DNA of 64,000 bases from an uncultured Planctomycetota bacterium (GTDB lineage: Bacteria; Planctomycetota; Planctomycetia; Isosphaerales; Isosphaeraceae): NCBI GenBank assembly GCA_963823665.1, contig CAWGMQ010000008.1:1024001-1088000 (forward strand), read 5' to 3'. This document shows positions 1 through 11,500 of the stretch, in pieces. The translations under genes were made by a program, and so were the position numbers. The notes beneath the pieces are model-generated. The model had not been told where the DNA came from. It searched no databases and saw only the letters and a program-made list of their open reading frames with translations. Within the stretch, counting starts at the first letter, position 1, and each line of letters opens with the position of its first letter.

Positions 1-564
1 CTGATTCCGATCGGCCGTCTCAAACGGCTCGAGAGGCTCGATCTCTTCGACTCCGCGGTCACTGACGCCGGACTGGCGCACTTGAAAGGACTCAACTGCC
101 TTCAAACTCTCGATCTCAGCGCGACGGACATCGGAGACACCGGGCTCGCGCACCTCGAGGGCTTGACCGATCTCAAAGAGCTGGATCTCCGTAGTACCAA
201 GGTCACTGACGGCGGCCTGGTGCATCTGAGAACGCTCCGCAACTTGCAAGCGCTCTACCTCTGTGGCACCCAAGTCAGCGATGCCGGTTTGGCGTACATA
301 AATCACTTGACGAACCTGCAGGAGCTGAACCTTATCGGCACCCACGTGAGTGACGCGGGCGTCGTGCACCTGAAGACGCTGCCCAAACTAAAGTTCTTGT
401 GTCTCGGCGGCACCGAGGTCGGCGACGAGGGGCTAAAGCACTTGAGGAGTATGGCAAGTTTGCGGGTCTTGGACTTGTACAGTGAGGAGCCCAATACCAG
501 GCTCACACCCGCCGGAGTGAGCGAGCTTCAACGCGCGCTTCCGAACGTGCGCATAGAGTACTGA
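1..564 (+). CDS. Leucine-rich repeat protein (planctomycete-type ~24-aa LRR), 5' partial
   Basis: Frame is open from base 1 (LIPIGRLKRLERLDLFDSAVTDAGLAHLKG...). Repeated LxxLxLxxTxVxDxGLxHL units and a typical C-terminal cap (GVSELQRALPNVRIEY). Confidence 0.9.
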   Translation: MIPIGRLKRLERLDLFDSAVTDAGLAHLKGLNCLQTLDLSATDIGDTGLAHLEGLTDLKELDLRSTKVTDGGLVHLRTLRNLQALYLCGTQVSDAGLAYINHLTNLQELNLIGTHVSDAGVVHLKTLPKLKFLCLGGTEVGDEGLKHLRSMASLRVLDLYSEEPNTRLTPAGVSELQRALPNVRIEY

Positions 565-630
565 ATTCTCTGCTTGATGGACACGTCGTGTGGCTCGTGG
601 TTCCTGATCGTACTCATTGCCGTTGGGTCA

Positions 631-1457
631 CTACGGGCGTCTCTGCGACTCAAACTTCAGTCTCGGAAACCAGATCCGAAGAGCCGCATAATTGATACCG
701 TGGCGGCCTTTCCACCAGCAGGCAGGATAACCCAAGTCTACGAAGCGATGTGGCGGAAGGTGACGTTCGTCGGATCGAACAAACCTATCCAAGAATCCGG
801 GATACTCCGGGATCGTCAAGACACCTGTGTAGCCGAGGAGGTTCACCAGAACGTCTCTTTCCGCCTTGTTTGACGGCACAAGACCCCACAGGGACTTTTC
901 CAACTGTGGAGCGGTTTTGTCGGGTGGCACGGCTTCGATCGCTCGCAGAATACTACGGAAGATCGAAATGTCCGCTTCGGTCGGCGACGGCGGATCAAGG
1001 TCTCGGAATCGCTCCAGGTCGAACGTGGCGTAGTGCGGGTTTTCGTGACGCACACCTCCCCATTTGAAGCGCTCGAAGTTGAGCACGTTGAGGTCTTCGT
1101 CCGTTTCAGGAGCGTTGTATCCACCGCATACGGGGCAACTCGTGCGCCGCTCGTAATGCTCGTGGGGCGGGAAGTGCCGCAGCACTGCGTAGCTGCCGAG
1201 TGCAGACCGCACTTCCAACCTTCGGGTGGAAAGGCTAGCCAGGAAAGCATTGGCGATGGCATCGGGATCGAACCTCGATCGTATCTCGATTGCACGTCGC
1301 ACGATTTCCCCGTGCGACACCCGGATCGAGTCAAACATCACCCCAGCCCGCATGGCGTAGCGAAGATCGACAACGGACTAGTCCGCTCGACAGCAGGCTT
1401 CCAGCCTTTCGGGGTCCAGTACGTCGCAAACAGGATCTTCAGCGCTTTCTTGTCCAC
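631..1457 (-). CDS. Conserved hypothetical protein with CxxC and FERFKWGGVRH motif (one frameshift near 1380)
   Basis: ORF 631..1353. An upstream frame from GTG 1457 reads MDKKALKILFATYWTPKGWK and joins DLRYAMRAGVMFD after a one-base shift. GGAG lies upstream of the GTG. Confidence 0.7.
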
Positions 1458-2036
1458 CCCGGCTCATCTCCAATCGTCACCGAAAACCTTTCGGATCGGC
1501 TACCATGCCCTCAAATCGTCGGCCTGCAAAATAACGATCTTCCCGTCTTTCGTTGAAGCAGCCATTGTAACTCCTTGCCTGTCGCCTCGTTGACTCCGAC
1601 CAACCATTCATTATCTCAGCTTGGCCCATCGATTGAAGCCCGAAGTCGATGGTGCAATGCCGCAGCCCATGTACGTGGCCGTGATGACGGGCCGTTAACG
1701 GTCGGTCCGTTGCTTGAGCTGGCCCCGAACCGGCGTGGCTCTCGCACGAGAGTGATTCGAGCGGAGGACATAAGGTTCCTTCAATCCCACGAACAAAACC
1801 TCCGACCACTGGGAGAGGAGGCGTTTTTACGAACACTTCAGGAAAACTTGGGGAGAATCCTGAGAAAGCAAAAACCTGGCCCGCTGGGACGGCGGGAGAA
1901 TCCGGCATGATGTCGCCGCAACCAAACAGATTGGAACAGGGACCATCGCCGGGATGGTCTTGCTGCGCAAAGATGTTCGTGCACGCTCGCGCGAACCCGC
2001 CCTAACTTAGCGCTCGCCGTCTATCCTCATTCCGAG

Positions 2037-2042
2037 TATAGT
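2037..2042 (+). promoter_or_regulatory. Putative -10 box (TATAGT) of the TA operon, probably giving a leaderless transcript
   Basis: TATAGT ends 6 nt before ATG 2049, with no Shine-Dalgarno sequence in between. Confidence 0.45.
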
Positions 2043-2048
2043 TGTGCG

Positions 2049-2417
2049 ATGAAATCGAATATCGGTAACACCGTCATCGAGACGGAATCCTTCATAAAAC
2101 AGGCGGCAGCGCTATGGTCCGCTGCCGAGCTTGACGATCTGAAGGATTACGTCGCCCGCAACCCCCTTGCCGGCGACGAGATGCCCGGCACGGGCGGCTT
2201 GCGAAAGCTGCGGTGGGGCCGCGCCGGCATGGGGAAGCGAGGCGGCGCGAGGTTGATCTACTACTACTATAACGAAACGGCGCCCCTCTACCTGTTTATG
2301 GCTTATGCCAAGGCCGCGCAGGAAAACCCATCGCCCGCTGCCATGGCGATCCTCGCCAAGTTGGCAGACGCGGCTAGGGCCGGCATCAAGGCGAAGCAGA
2401 AGGAGAAACGGCAATGA
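2049..2417 (+). CDS. Type II TA toxin, RelE/HigB-2 family
   Basis: Motifs VIETESF, NPLAGDEMPGTGGLRKLRW, GKRGGARLIYYY, LFMAYAK. ATGA overlap with the downstream HTH gene. Confidence 0.9.
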   Translation: MKSNIGNTVIETESFIKQAAALWSAAELDDLKDYVARNPLAGDEMPGTGGLRKLRWGRAGMGKRGGARLIYYYYNETAPLYLFMAYAKAAQENPSPAAMAILAKLADAARAGIKAKQKEKRQ

Positions 2418-2767
2418 GCAAAAAGACCGACACACTTACGGATTTCGACAAGCAGCTTATCGCAGGGATGGAGGAAGTCGTTGCGCATATCAAGGGTGAG
2501 CCCAACAAAGGCCGCGTGACGGTCGTTGAGTTTGCCGATGCGAAAGCGATCCGGGAAGGACTTGGCATGAGCCAGGCCGCATTTTCTCGCGCCTACGGAA
2601 TCCCTCTCAAGACCTTGCAGCACTGGGAGCAGCGCCGGCACAACCCAGACCGCACGGCTTCTGCCTACCTTTGGACGATTGAGGAATTTCCCGATCAAGC
2701 GCGTGAAGCGCAGAAGCGTCACCAGATTCAGCAACGGGCCGAGATCGAGCAGCAACCGAGGCCATAA
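2414..2767 (+). CDS. Type II TA antitoxin, Cro/C1 HTH (HigA-2/YiaG-like)
   Basis: AIREGLGMSQAAFSRAYGIPLKTLQHWEQRRHNP HTH_3 motif. Toxin-first gene order is typical of higBA. Confidence 0.88.
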   Translation: MSKKTDTLTDFDKQLIAGMEEVVAHIKGEPNKGRVTVVEFADAKAIREGLGMSQAAFSRAYGIPLKTLQHWEQRRHNPDRTASAYLWTIEEFPDQAREAQKRHQIQQRAEIEQQPRP

Positions 2768-2972
2768 GGGCTTGGCACGTGATCTGCTTGACAGTCTCGA
2801 TGCCGATTCACGTCCATTGTCCGTTGGCCCAGCTCGCTTATCGAGCGTTTCGCCGCGCGCGGTTGTAGGTATAATCGCTTCATTGAACGTGACTTCGATC
2901 ATTCGATGCGAACGACCCCGACCTTCGTGGGGACGGCCGCAGTTTGATCGACCCCATCACGGAGTAGCGCGT

Positions 2973-3623
2973 ATGTTCGGATTGATCGTCGCCCTCGCCG
3001 CAGTCGCCCAAGCCCCTGAGTATGTCGACGGATTTAAACCCAAGGTCGGCGACAAGGTCGTCCTTGCCCGCGACGAGCCGGCGAGGAAGGTACCGATCGC
3101 CAAGAGCGACGGGGCGGCGTTAGGGTTTCAGGACATCGTTTTGGATTCGAACAACTCCCAGTACGAGGCGCTGCTTGAGGGCAGCGAGCTCGCCGAGATC
3201 GACGCCGGGACGCCGGCTCAGGTCATCGGGGATGTCAAGTACCTCAAGGATCCCACGATCTTCAAGATTCGTATCCTCTCCGGCCCTTCCAAGGGGAAGA
3301 CGACCTTTACCTACACGAAGTTCTGCCGGAAGGCCGACCCCGCCGGCGCCAAGGCCAAGGCCGATAAGCGGAAGAAGCGAGGTCCCCTCGACAAGAAGGC
3401 TGTCGCCACCGACCTCAAAGACGCCCTGGCCACAGCCAAGCCCAACGAGGCCCAGAAGGATCTGGGAGCGAAGAAGAGCCTCGTCCGCGAGGCCGTCGAC
3501 CCGATCTGTAAGAAGTACGATGCCGACTACAGCGAGTTGAACGACCTTGCCACCCGGGCGGGCATCTTCGTCATGCTGAACGGGCAGAAATACGACATAG
3601 CGGGGAACCGCTTGCGGAAGTAA
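2973..3623 (+). CDS. Hypothetical exported protein, Lys-rich
   Basis: GGAG upstream of ATG 2973, short signal-like N-terminus (MFGLIVALAAVAQA), strongly biased codon usage. Confidence 0.7.
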   Translation: MFGLIVALAAVAQAPEYVDGFKPKVGDKVVLARDEPARKVPIAKSDGAALGFQDIVLDSNNSQYEALLEGSELAEIDAGTPAQVIGDVKYLKDPTIFKIRILSGPSKGKTTFTYTKFCRKADPAGAKAKADKRKKRGPLDKKAVATDLKDALATAKPNEAQKDLGAKKSLVREAVDPICKKYDADYSELNDLATRAGIFVMLNGQKYDIAGNRLRK

Positions 3624-3638
3624 CGAGACCTGCGTCGC

Positions 3639-4298
3639 TCACGTGATCTGCTTATTTCCGCGCACGCGCTGGAGCATGTAACGTCTCGCCACTCGTATTT
3701 CCTTCCTTACCCGCTGATGGCCCCGCAGAGTCGCGAAGTCCTGCCAACTCTGGCGCCATTTTGCCGCTTGGTCGGATTTGCCCGAGGCCTCGTAGAGCTT
3801 GACGAGTTGCTCAACGCCCTCGCGGTAATATCGACGGGGTGTCGAGCGGGCCTCGCGAAGCCCCTTTTCGACGGCCAGGAGGTGCGGCTCGGCCTCAGCG
3901 TACCGATGTCGGGCCGCCAGACCGGCACCGTACCAGCACTCAGACCAGGCTGGGTAATGGGCCGACAGCGCGCGGGGGGATCTGGCAACGATCGATATGC
4001 TCTCAGCAAGAGCGGCGTCCGCCTCATCGCACCGCGCCAGGCGCACAAGTCCTCGTCCGAAGTCCATCAGAGCGGCCGCGATCATCGGATGTCCCGCGGG
4101 ATAGAGCCCCCTCCTCACAAGGAACTCAACATGGGTCCGTTCATCGGCGGTGATCGAGCCCCGATCGCAAAGCAGGTCGGCCAGCGGCACGGCCTTTTTT
4201 GCCGCCCAGGCGGAGCACGCCTCGGCTAACTGATCGGCGTCAATCAGATCGGCTTGCAGAGCGAGCACACCGAACAGCAGGTTTCGGTCGGTATTCAT
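3639..4298 (-). pseudogene. Internally deleted Ser/Thr kinase-TPR gene (N-terminal leader fused to C-terminal TPR tail)
   Basis: MNTDRNLLFGVLALQADLID is the typical planctomycete STK leader. It runs directly into GLYPAGHP...RYAEAEPHLL...LVKLYEASGKSDQAAKWR (typical STK C-terminus) with no kinase domain. GGAG RBS present. Confidence 0.7.
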
Positions 4299-4759
4299 GT
4301 TGCTTACATCTCCATTGCAGCAAGTGTGTGCGCCGGACGGGCGCACCGAGTCCAGCGGCCGCTTCCAGTCGCAGAAACCCCGCAGTGACAGGGCTTCTAC
4401 GGCAGGCTGCTGGAGGAACAGGGCCCGTGAAAGTGCCGCAACTGATCACCGCCGACCGTGGCCATGTCGACGAACGCATCCCGGATGGCCGAACTGCTGC
4501 CCGGAAACGACGTCGGATTCTGGTTCCAGTTCCCGTTGCACGAACCCCGACCGGCGTTAGAAGCGATCAGATTGAAACGTATTTTAATGGCGAGCGTTCC
4601 GATATTCATCCCATCCGCAAGGCTCTTTAAGAAATCATCCGAGAACCGACTCTGGTCCCTCCGTCGTAAAGAAGTTACAGTCTTCAATCTGTAGAATGTC
4701 AGCGCCGTGAGCGTGCCGACCACGAGTGGCCGCCGCCACGTCCGCTCGAATGGAGAAGA

Positions 4760-5186
4760 TATGATGATGCGATCGACCTTTAGTGAGCACTCGATCGTTC
4801 GGAGGGCGAGCTTTAGAGTTTGGGTCCTCGCTGCACCTGGGGCCCTCGCAGCGGTCTTATTCTGCGTCATTGGATGGCGTTTCGGCGTTGATTACGTTGT
4901 GCGGCAGACCGCGCGCGCCCGGTTTGCACTGGAAGCAGCACCACTGGGCTCCTATGAGATGACCGAGGAAATGACCGTCTACAACAACGTGCTTGACCGA
5001 TTCGACTTCACGCTGGTTGATGACGTTCACATGCCATGTGGTACGGATGGGATCCGAATGAAAGGAAGATCGAGTTTAGGAACTGTTTGCATTCGATTTA
5101 AACACGGGCTGGTTGACGTTCGATACGATCCTCCTCCTCCCAAGGGCGTATTGGGGTGTCCCCCCGCTGCGCTAGCGCGGTTTTGA
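4760..5186 (+). CDS. Hypothetical membrane-anchored protein
   Basis: GGAG before the ATG cluster at about 4760 and one hydrophobic segment (VWVLAAPGALAAVLFCVIGW). No family recognised. Confidence 0.4.
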
Positions 5187-5794
5187 CCTTGCTCACTAGA
5201 ATTCGATCGCTCGCAGTCCTGATTGCGCTCGTGGCGGTCGCAGTTGCTAGGCGCTGGAAATACGACCTGGCTTTTGTTGGGTTCGCACTTCCCGTGGCAT
5301 TTGTCGCCGGGAACGTGATGTTTTGTTTCTCGATTGGGCTACTTCGTGCGGCTGCAAAGTTCACGGACGAGACGACGCGCGCGTGCTGGCACAACGAACG
5401 TGTGCTGGCAACGCCCACCTCTCGTGGTTCAGGTCGTGGCTCCGCATCGGCCTCATCGACCGCACGAGAACCCGAACATCGCAGATGGCGCGCGACAGTC
5501 AGCGGGAAGTATCTTGTGCTCCTGGCATGGCTGTGGGCGGCAGTCGCGGGCCCAATGATCAACGTGGCGCTTTCCCGATCGGCCGCCTTCGATTCGAGCG
5601 ACGACACCGATTGGGCAACCCCTCTCTATGTGGCTCTTCTTGCGTTAGCGCTGGTTACGTCCGTGCTCTGTCTTTGGTGGGGACTGTACGTGATCGCCCG
5701 CAGGTTTCTCGGTTTTGCCGAAACCATCGTCTTCTCTACGAGCTGCACCCTTGTGCATGTCGTCGTGTTTCTCTTCACGAATGCGGTACTTTGA
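5183..5794 (+). CDS. Hypothetical multi-pass membrane protein
   Basis: About five hydrophobic segments. N-terminal RIRSLAVLIALVAV resembles planctomycete membrane-protein starts. A TTG start would overlap the upstream stop. Confidence 0.5.
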   Translation: MTLLTRIRSLAVLIALVAVAVARRWKYDLAFVGFALPVAFVAGNVMFCFSIGLLRAAAKFTDETTRACWHNERVLATPTSRGSGRGSASASSTAREPEHRRWRATVSGKYLVLLAWLWAAVAGPMINVALSRSAAFDSSDDTDWATPLYVALLALALVTSVLCLWWGLYVIARRFLGFAETIVFSTSCTLVHVVVFLFTNAVL

Positions 5795-5806
5795 CGCTTG
5801 CTTCAA

Positions 5807-8302
5807 TCAATGCGGGGCCTCTCCGCCTTGCAGCATCTCCTTGCGTTGCTGACGGAGCTTCTCCAGACGTGACAGAGGCTTGCCCGCATCGGCCTTGACG
5901 GTGACCACCGAGGCGGGCCTGGCGCCCGCGGCCGGAAGGATCGGCTTCCGGGCCGGCAGCGGCGCATCGACGCGCAGCCGGCCCGTCCCCAGGTTGTGCA
6001 CGATCGGCTCGCCGTCTTTCATGATGACGGCCTGGCAGAACAGGCCTTTCGATTCGCCAGGGGGCGTCTTCAGGTCGGTTTTGAGGTGAAACACGACCTT
6101 GGTATCGCGATCCGTCACCGTGACCGGCTCTGTGGTCGCCTTGTTGGGCAGGCCGATGAGCGTGAGCTTCGCTGCGCCGGAAAGTCGGTTACCTTGTTCA
6201 CGTTCACGATCAGGTCGACCTCCTTGCCTTGCTCGACGCTGGCCGCCTGGAACTTGAGCGTCAGGAACTGTGGCGCCACGGTGAGCCGGGCGAATTCCGA
6301 CGACACAACCAGCCGGCCGCCGCGGTTTCCGCGCCGCTGCTGCTGTGCTTTAGGCGTTCCGGCCGCGGGGGCTGGCGGAGGCTCGATATAGGTGCCGTTC
6401 GCCAGGATCCGCCAGGTTTTCAACTCGGCGCCGCCATTCGCGTTGATCGGAATGACCGCTTCCGTCCCGTTTTCGGGGATCACGACTTCTCCCTTGGAGG
6501 CAATTCCCGGCGGATTCCAGGGGAGCGAGACGAGGATCGGAGCGGTGAAGCCCGGCTTGCGGGTGGCCACCACCTTCAAGTCCATCGAGCCGCCGCGCAC
6601 GATCGGCACCTTCGGCTCGACGATCGCGACCGAGAAGGGCGCCTCGTTGGCGACGGCGACGACCAGCGATTCGACCGTGCGCGTCCAGAACGGCACGTTG
6701 TTTTGACCGAGCACCAGCTCGGCGGTCGAGCTGAATTCGCAGGGAATTTGCTTCGAGCTGTCGGTCGGACGACCGACGACATTCGCGAACTTCGCACCAA
6801 TCGGGGCCTTGGCATCGGCGTGGAAAAGCACTGGGATGACCGTGTTTCCGGCCGTCATCTCATCCGCCTCGACCGTGACTCCCGGGGGCAAGTTGCTCGC
6901 GCTCAGGGTGACCGCGCCTGAGAAATCCTCGCGCTTGGCCTGGATCAGGATCGCCTGGCGATTCCCTTTCGGAACCGAGAGAGCCATCACGCTCGTCCCG
7001 CGCCGGAGCGATTCGTTAGGCGTGCTCAGGTCGAGCCGAGGCGTCGCCGAGCTGATCTCGACGCGATATGTGTATTCGGGCCCCCCTTTTTTCAGGTGGT
7101 CGGATACGGAGATCACGAAATCACCGTCGCGCGGCGGGTTGAATCGAATGTAACTGTCGGGCCCGCCACTGTCGTCATTTCCCGCAACCTGGCCCGCGTT
7201 CTTGGCGAAGAGCCCAATGACCGGGTCGAGCGGCGAGCGGATCTGACGGGCGAACACGCGAATGTCGTAGGTCTGCCCCTTCCTGGCGCGAAACGTGAAA
7301 AAATCGACGTCCCCCGCTTTTTCGATCACACCGTTGAGTGCGACTGGAGCCGAAAACGCGGTGGCGCGATCATGGGTGTCGTTGGGCTCGGCCTCGATCG
7401 TGTTGCCAAACGGGCTGAGCCGAAACAGGTTCGGGTAGGGCGCAAAGCCGCGCGAATCGTGCGCCAGAAGGCCAAAATGGCGATCGGCATGGCCGGGCAG
7501 ATCGATCTCGGTCGTGGTTTCGCCCAGCACGTCGCCGATCCAGCGAATGCGCAAATGCTCGCCCACCTTGCCGCCAGAAGGGAGCGTGGCGGTCGGCCTC
7601 GGGAAGTTTCCGACATGCAGGCGGTACAGGCATTGCGGATTGCCGGCGAACGCCGCCTCGCGCACGGCGATGATGTACTGCCCGTCCTCGGGGGCGACCA
7701 GCGAAACGAAGCAATCCTGCCAGATGAGGGCGTTGTCATCGCTCGTGGCCAGCTCGAACCGCTTCGCGTTCAAGATTGCGACATAAGGGTCGAAGAGCGT
7801 CAGACCGAGGCGAATTCCCTCCACCTCGGCCGTGATCCGCTCCCCTTTCTTCGCTGCGCACCTCGTAATAATCGATGTCTTCGTTGGCCGCGACGCCGTT
7901 GACCGTCACGTTGAAGCTGACCGGTTGGGGCCGGGCGAAATCGTTATTGGGCTCGACCTCGGGGACGTCGCGCAACGCTCCCACGCTAAAGGTCTTGAGC
8001 GAGCTTATCCCCGTCGCGGTGCGAATGCGAAAATCATGCAGGCCCAGATCGGCGCCCTCCGCGATCTTGAAAGTGGCGACTGCCTGCGCGTCCTTGCCGC
8101 CGACGATCTTGGTGACCGTGATCCCCGGCTGATAGAAGAGAATCTCCTGGATGTCGGCGAGGCGCTGGCCGGTGAGCGTGACGACCACCTCGGTGCCGCG
8201 CTGGCCGCCGACGGGCTGGATTAATCGGACGGTGGGGGCGACCGCCCAGGCGGGCACGGCCGCGATCAACATTCCTAGCGTGGCGAGAACGACGGATTTC
8301 AT
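5807..8302 (-). CDS. PPC (pre-peptidase C-terminal) domain-containing exported protein; frameshifts near 7857 and 6178
   Basis: Three contiguous ORFs (7736..8302, 6115..7824, 5807..6118). Signal peptide, PVGGQRGTEV, EVEPNND/EAEPNDT repeats, NGVIEKAGDVDFF, SPLDPV and NDDSGGPDS motifs, C-terminal KPLSRLEKLR. Confidence 0.85.
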
Positions 8303-8555
8303 GATGATCGCCGGACAGAGTCCGTCTCTGGGGAGGGCAGCGATTGAGGTAAGACAAGAGGGCGTGTGGCAGTCGGCAGGGGCCGGCCGGGCGCCGGCGA
8401 ACGAGGCAATTCGCTCGTCCGGCGGCGATCGACCTGACGTCTTAGTATAGCCTCTTCGAAATGTTCAACCAGAGATTAACGGACAAAATGGCGCAAGCGC
8501 CCTAAAGCCGGTGGGCTCTAGTCGAGAAACTGTGCCCTGACAATCGTGCCGACTT

Positions 8556-11500
8556 CTACCACCGAAAGAAGCGATACGGATCATCCATCTCTTCGGGCTG
8601 ATCGAGATAGAAGCCGTCCAGCCAGCGCTTCTCGGACGTTTCGGCCACGGGCGATTGAAAGCGGCTCAGAAGAGGCGTCGCCGATTCGGCACCCATGTTC
8701 GTCAGCAACTGCGACACCAGGAAAGAAACGCGGCGAAACGTGCGTTTGATGTTGAGCTTGCCGGCGTACTCAAACTGCCAAGGCACAAGCTGGCAGAAGA
8801 CTGCGTTTGCATTCTGTGCGCGGGCCAGGACCCCGTCGCCGACCGCGTCGGGGTCAGTGCTGATGAGCGCAATCTGACGCGGATCGCGATTGTGCACATC
8901 CGCCGGCCCGATTCCGGCAAAGACCGAGCCACGATCATAGGGCTCGAAATACGCGGAGATGTGCTCGGTGTCCTTCATGCCGACTTGAAACGGCAAGAAG
9001 GCCTTCGCGTCATTTGCATCGAGCCCGATCCCGAGCACGTCGCCGCCGGCCTTCAGCCAGTGAGCGATCATCTTCGCGTGCCCGGCCAGTTCTTTGCCTG
9101 CGCCGGTGCCTGCCACGAGCACCTGATCGGGTGTCAGGTCGGCTCCCTGGAACGGAGTCACCTTGAAGCCGGCTCTCGCAAGATGGCGCAGCCCGGCCGG
9201 ATCGCCGGCGTAAACGATCGATCGAGTCGGCACGGGCGCGTAGCCCGCCACGAAGCCGATGATATTCTGCACCAGCGTTCGGGCCACGGGGTCGCTCTCG
9301 GTTCGGCCGGTCACGTCAAGCTGGCAGAACAGGACGAGCCCCTGGCCCTCGCGGTATTCGAGTAGCGGGCTGTATTGCAGGCTGAAACCGCCATCGACGA
9401 GCGGCTGCACGTTGCCGCGGGCTGGTTTCTCGATCAATACGGAAGCGACGTTGCCCTGATTGCCGCATCGCCAGACGTGCGGAACGGGGATGTCGCACCA
9501 GCGCACTGTCGGGCCATAACGCGGCCGCAGCTCATAATTCAGGTAGTGCGACAAGATCGTGGCGTCGCCCCGCCAGTCGCGAAGATGCTCGACGCCGATA
9601 CCGAGCAGAATGGGGTGATCGGGAACTCGAGGGAAGACCTGTCGCAACCCATATTCTTGAACGCGAAATCCCAGCCGTTTTTCCAACACCTGCGACGTTT
9701 GCTCGAAGACGATCACTTTCAGACCACGACGAACGCGATCGATGGATGGCGCGGGACGATCGAGCTTCAATGCCGATTTGCCAACAATCAGGATGTCGTA
9801 TCCGGCGAGGTCGGCGTCCGATTCCACTCGCTCGCAGGCGATGCCCAGGCTCGCAAGCAGCCCGCCGGTCGCACCTTCCGGATCAAAAAGAGCGATCCGC
9901 GCGTTGACACGAGTCGCCTCCTTGACCGGCAGCACCGTGATCGCGAAAGAATCTTCCTGGGTCTCGCCGGTGCTGAATGACGCCCGCGCGATCAATTGGA
10001 ACGTGCCCACCCCAAGCGAGCGCGGCAGCTCGAGCTTCAGCGGAATACGCTCCTGCTGGCCGGTCAGGACCGAGACTGTCTTCCGACCGGCGACCGCATT
10101 CCGGACTGGCCCGGCAGCCGCCGCGGCGTTGCGCAGCTCGAGCGACCATTCGCAGTCGCAGGTCACGGTCTGCCGGGAATTGTTGAGGACCACGAGCTGC
10201 TTCTCGACCGTCTCGCCTGCGTGGAACACATGGTCCTTGCTGGTAAACCGTGCCGGCTTCCCTGCGATGTATGCGAGTAGCGGCTGGTTGTTACGAATCA
10301 ATGCCAGACCGTCGGCCGTCGGGTTCCAGTCCCTTTGCTCATAGGCCATATCCATGCGATCGAACGCCTGATCGATGAAGTCGGGGCTAAATCCGGGGCG
10401 CTCCAGTTGACTCCAGTCGACCTTCAGCTCACGCCGTCGTTTGTCGATTCCCGGTCGCGGCCGCCAGAAGTGCCCGAACTCCCAGGGTGACGTCGCCGAG
10501 ACGCCCCAGGTCCGGAATGCGCGGAGGTTGTCGGCGAGATACATGCCGATCACTTCATGGCGATCGTCGAAGAGCCGCGAGCCCATCTCGTAGGGGTAAT
10601 CCCAGCGGTGCCAGAGCTTGCCCGCCTGGAATTGCTTGGCCTCCCAGCGGAGGTTGGCTTTCTCCATGTCGCTCAAGCGGTAGGCCCGGTCTCCCAGGAA
10701 CTGGGCATTCCATTCGGCAAGGCAGAGCTCCCAGGGAACTAAGGCGCTTCCGAAGGACCGCTGGCCCTTGTACCATCCGCGATACATGGACCAGTCCCAC
10801 GTGAAAGGTGCGCCATACTCACATGTGAAGACAGGTTTTACGCCTTTGGTCGCCCAGTGCTCGAACCAGTCGGAAAGCTCCTGCACCGGCGCGAAGTTGG
10901 GATAGAAGTTGCTGTCGTGCATCGAGCCCAGGTTGCCCGAGGCGTGGTGGTAGACGATGCGGCCCGGGTCGAGCCCGCGCACAATCGCTTCGGCGCGTAG
11001 CGCGAGGTTCGTATTGTTCCTGGCCCAGGCTTCACGCGGGTCAGAAAGGCCGTCGATCAGTTGTGGGTTCATGTCTTCCTCGTAGCCGGTTGCGTTATGG
11101 CTCATCGAGTAGAAGACGACCGAGGGATGGTTGAGCGCGGCGCGCGTGTAGAACTCGGCGTGCCGCGAATATCCATTCGTCCTGTCGGCATCCGCCGCTT
11201 TCCAGTTGTAGTGACTGAAATGCGGCTGGGTGAACGAGACGAGCATCCCCGCATCGTCCGCTGCGCGCAGAATCTCCGCATAGCTCAAGTGAGAGCCCGG
11301 CTCGCAGCCGTAGTTGTGGGTGTAAACCATGTTGATGCCGAAGCTCTTGAGCCGCCGCAGGGTCTCGCTCGCGCCGGCGTATGTGGCCTGCGCGGCGCCG
11401 ACTAAGGCATTGTCGATCGGGACGGCCGAGAGAAAAATCCGCGTCCCGTTCAAGAAGAAGTCACGGCCATCGATCCAGAACTCGCGGAACCCGAACCTCT

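Noticed and set aside
4397..4700. Possible coding remnant upstream of the kinase relic
   Set aside because: Several overlapping short ORFs, none with a recognisable motif or RBS.
631..5794. Prophage or integrative element
   Set aside because: Accessory-looking genes are present, but no integrase, transposase, tRNA, att-like direct repeats or phage structural genes were seen.
8556..8558. Genome-wide reassignment of TAG
   Set aside because: The GH2 gene ends at what looks like its natural C-terminus (DDPYRFFRW) with TAG, and the internal TAGs seem to correspond to different residues.
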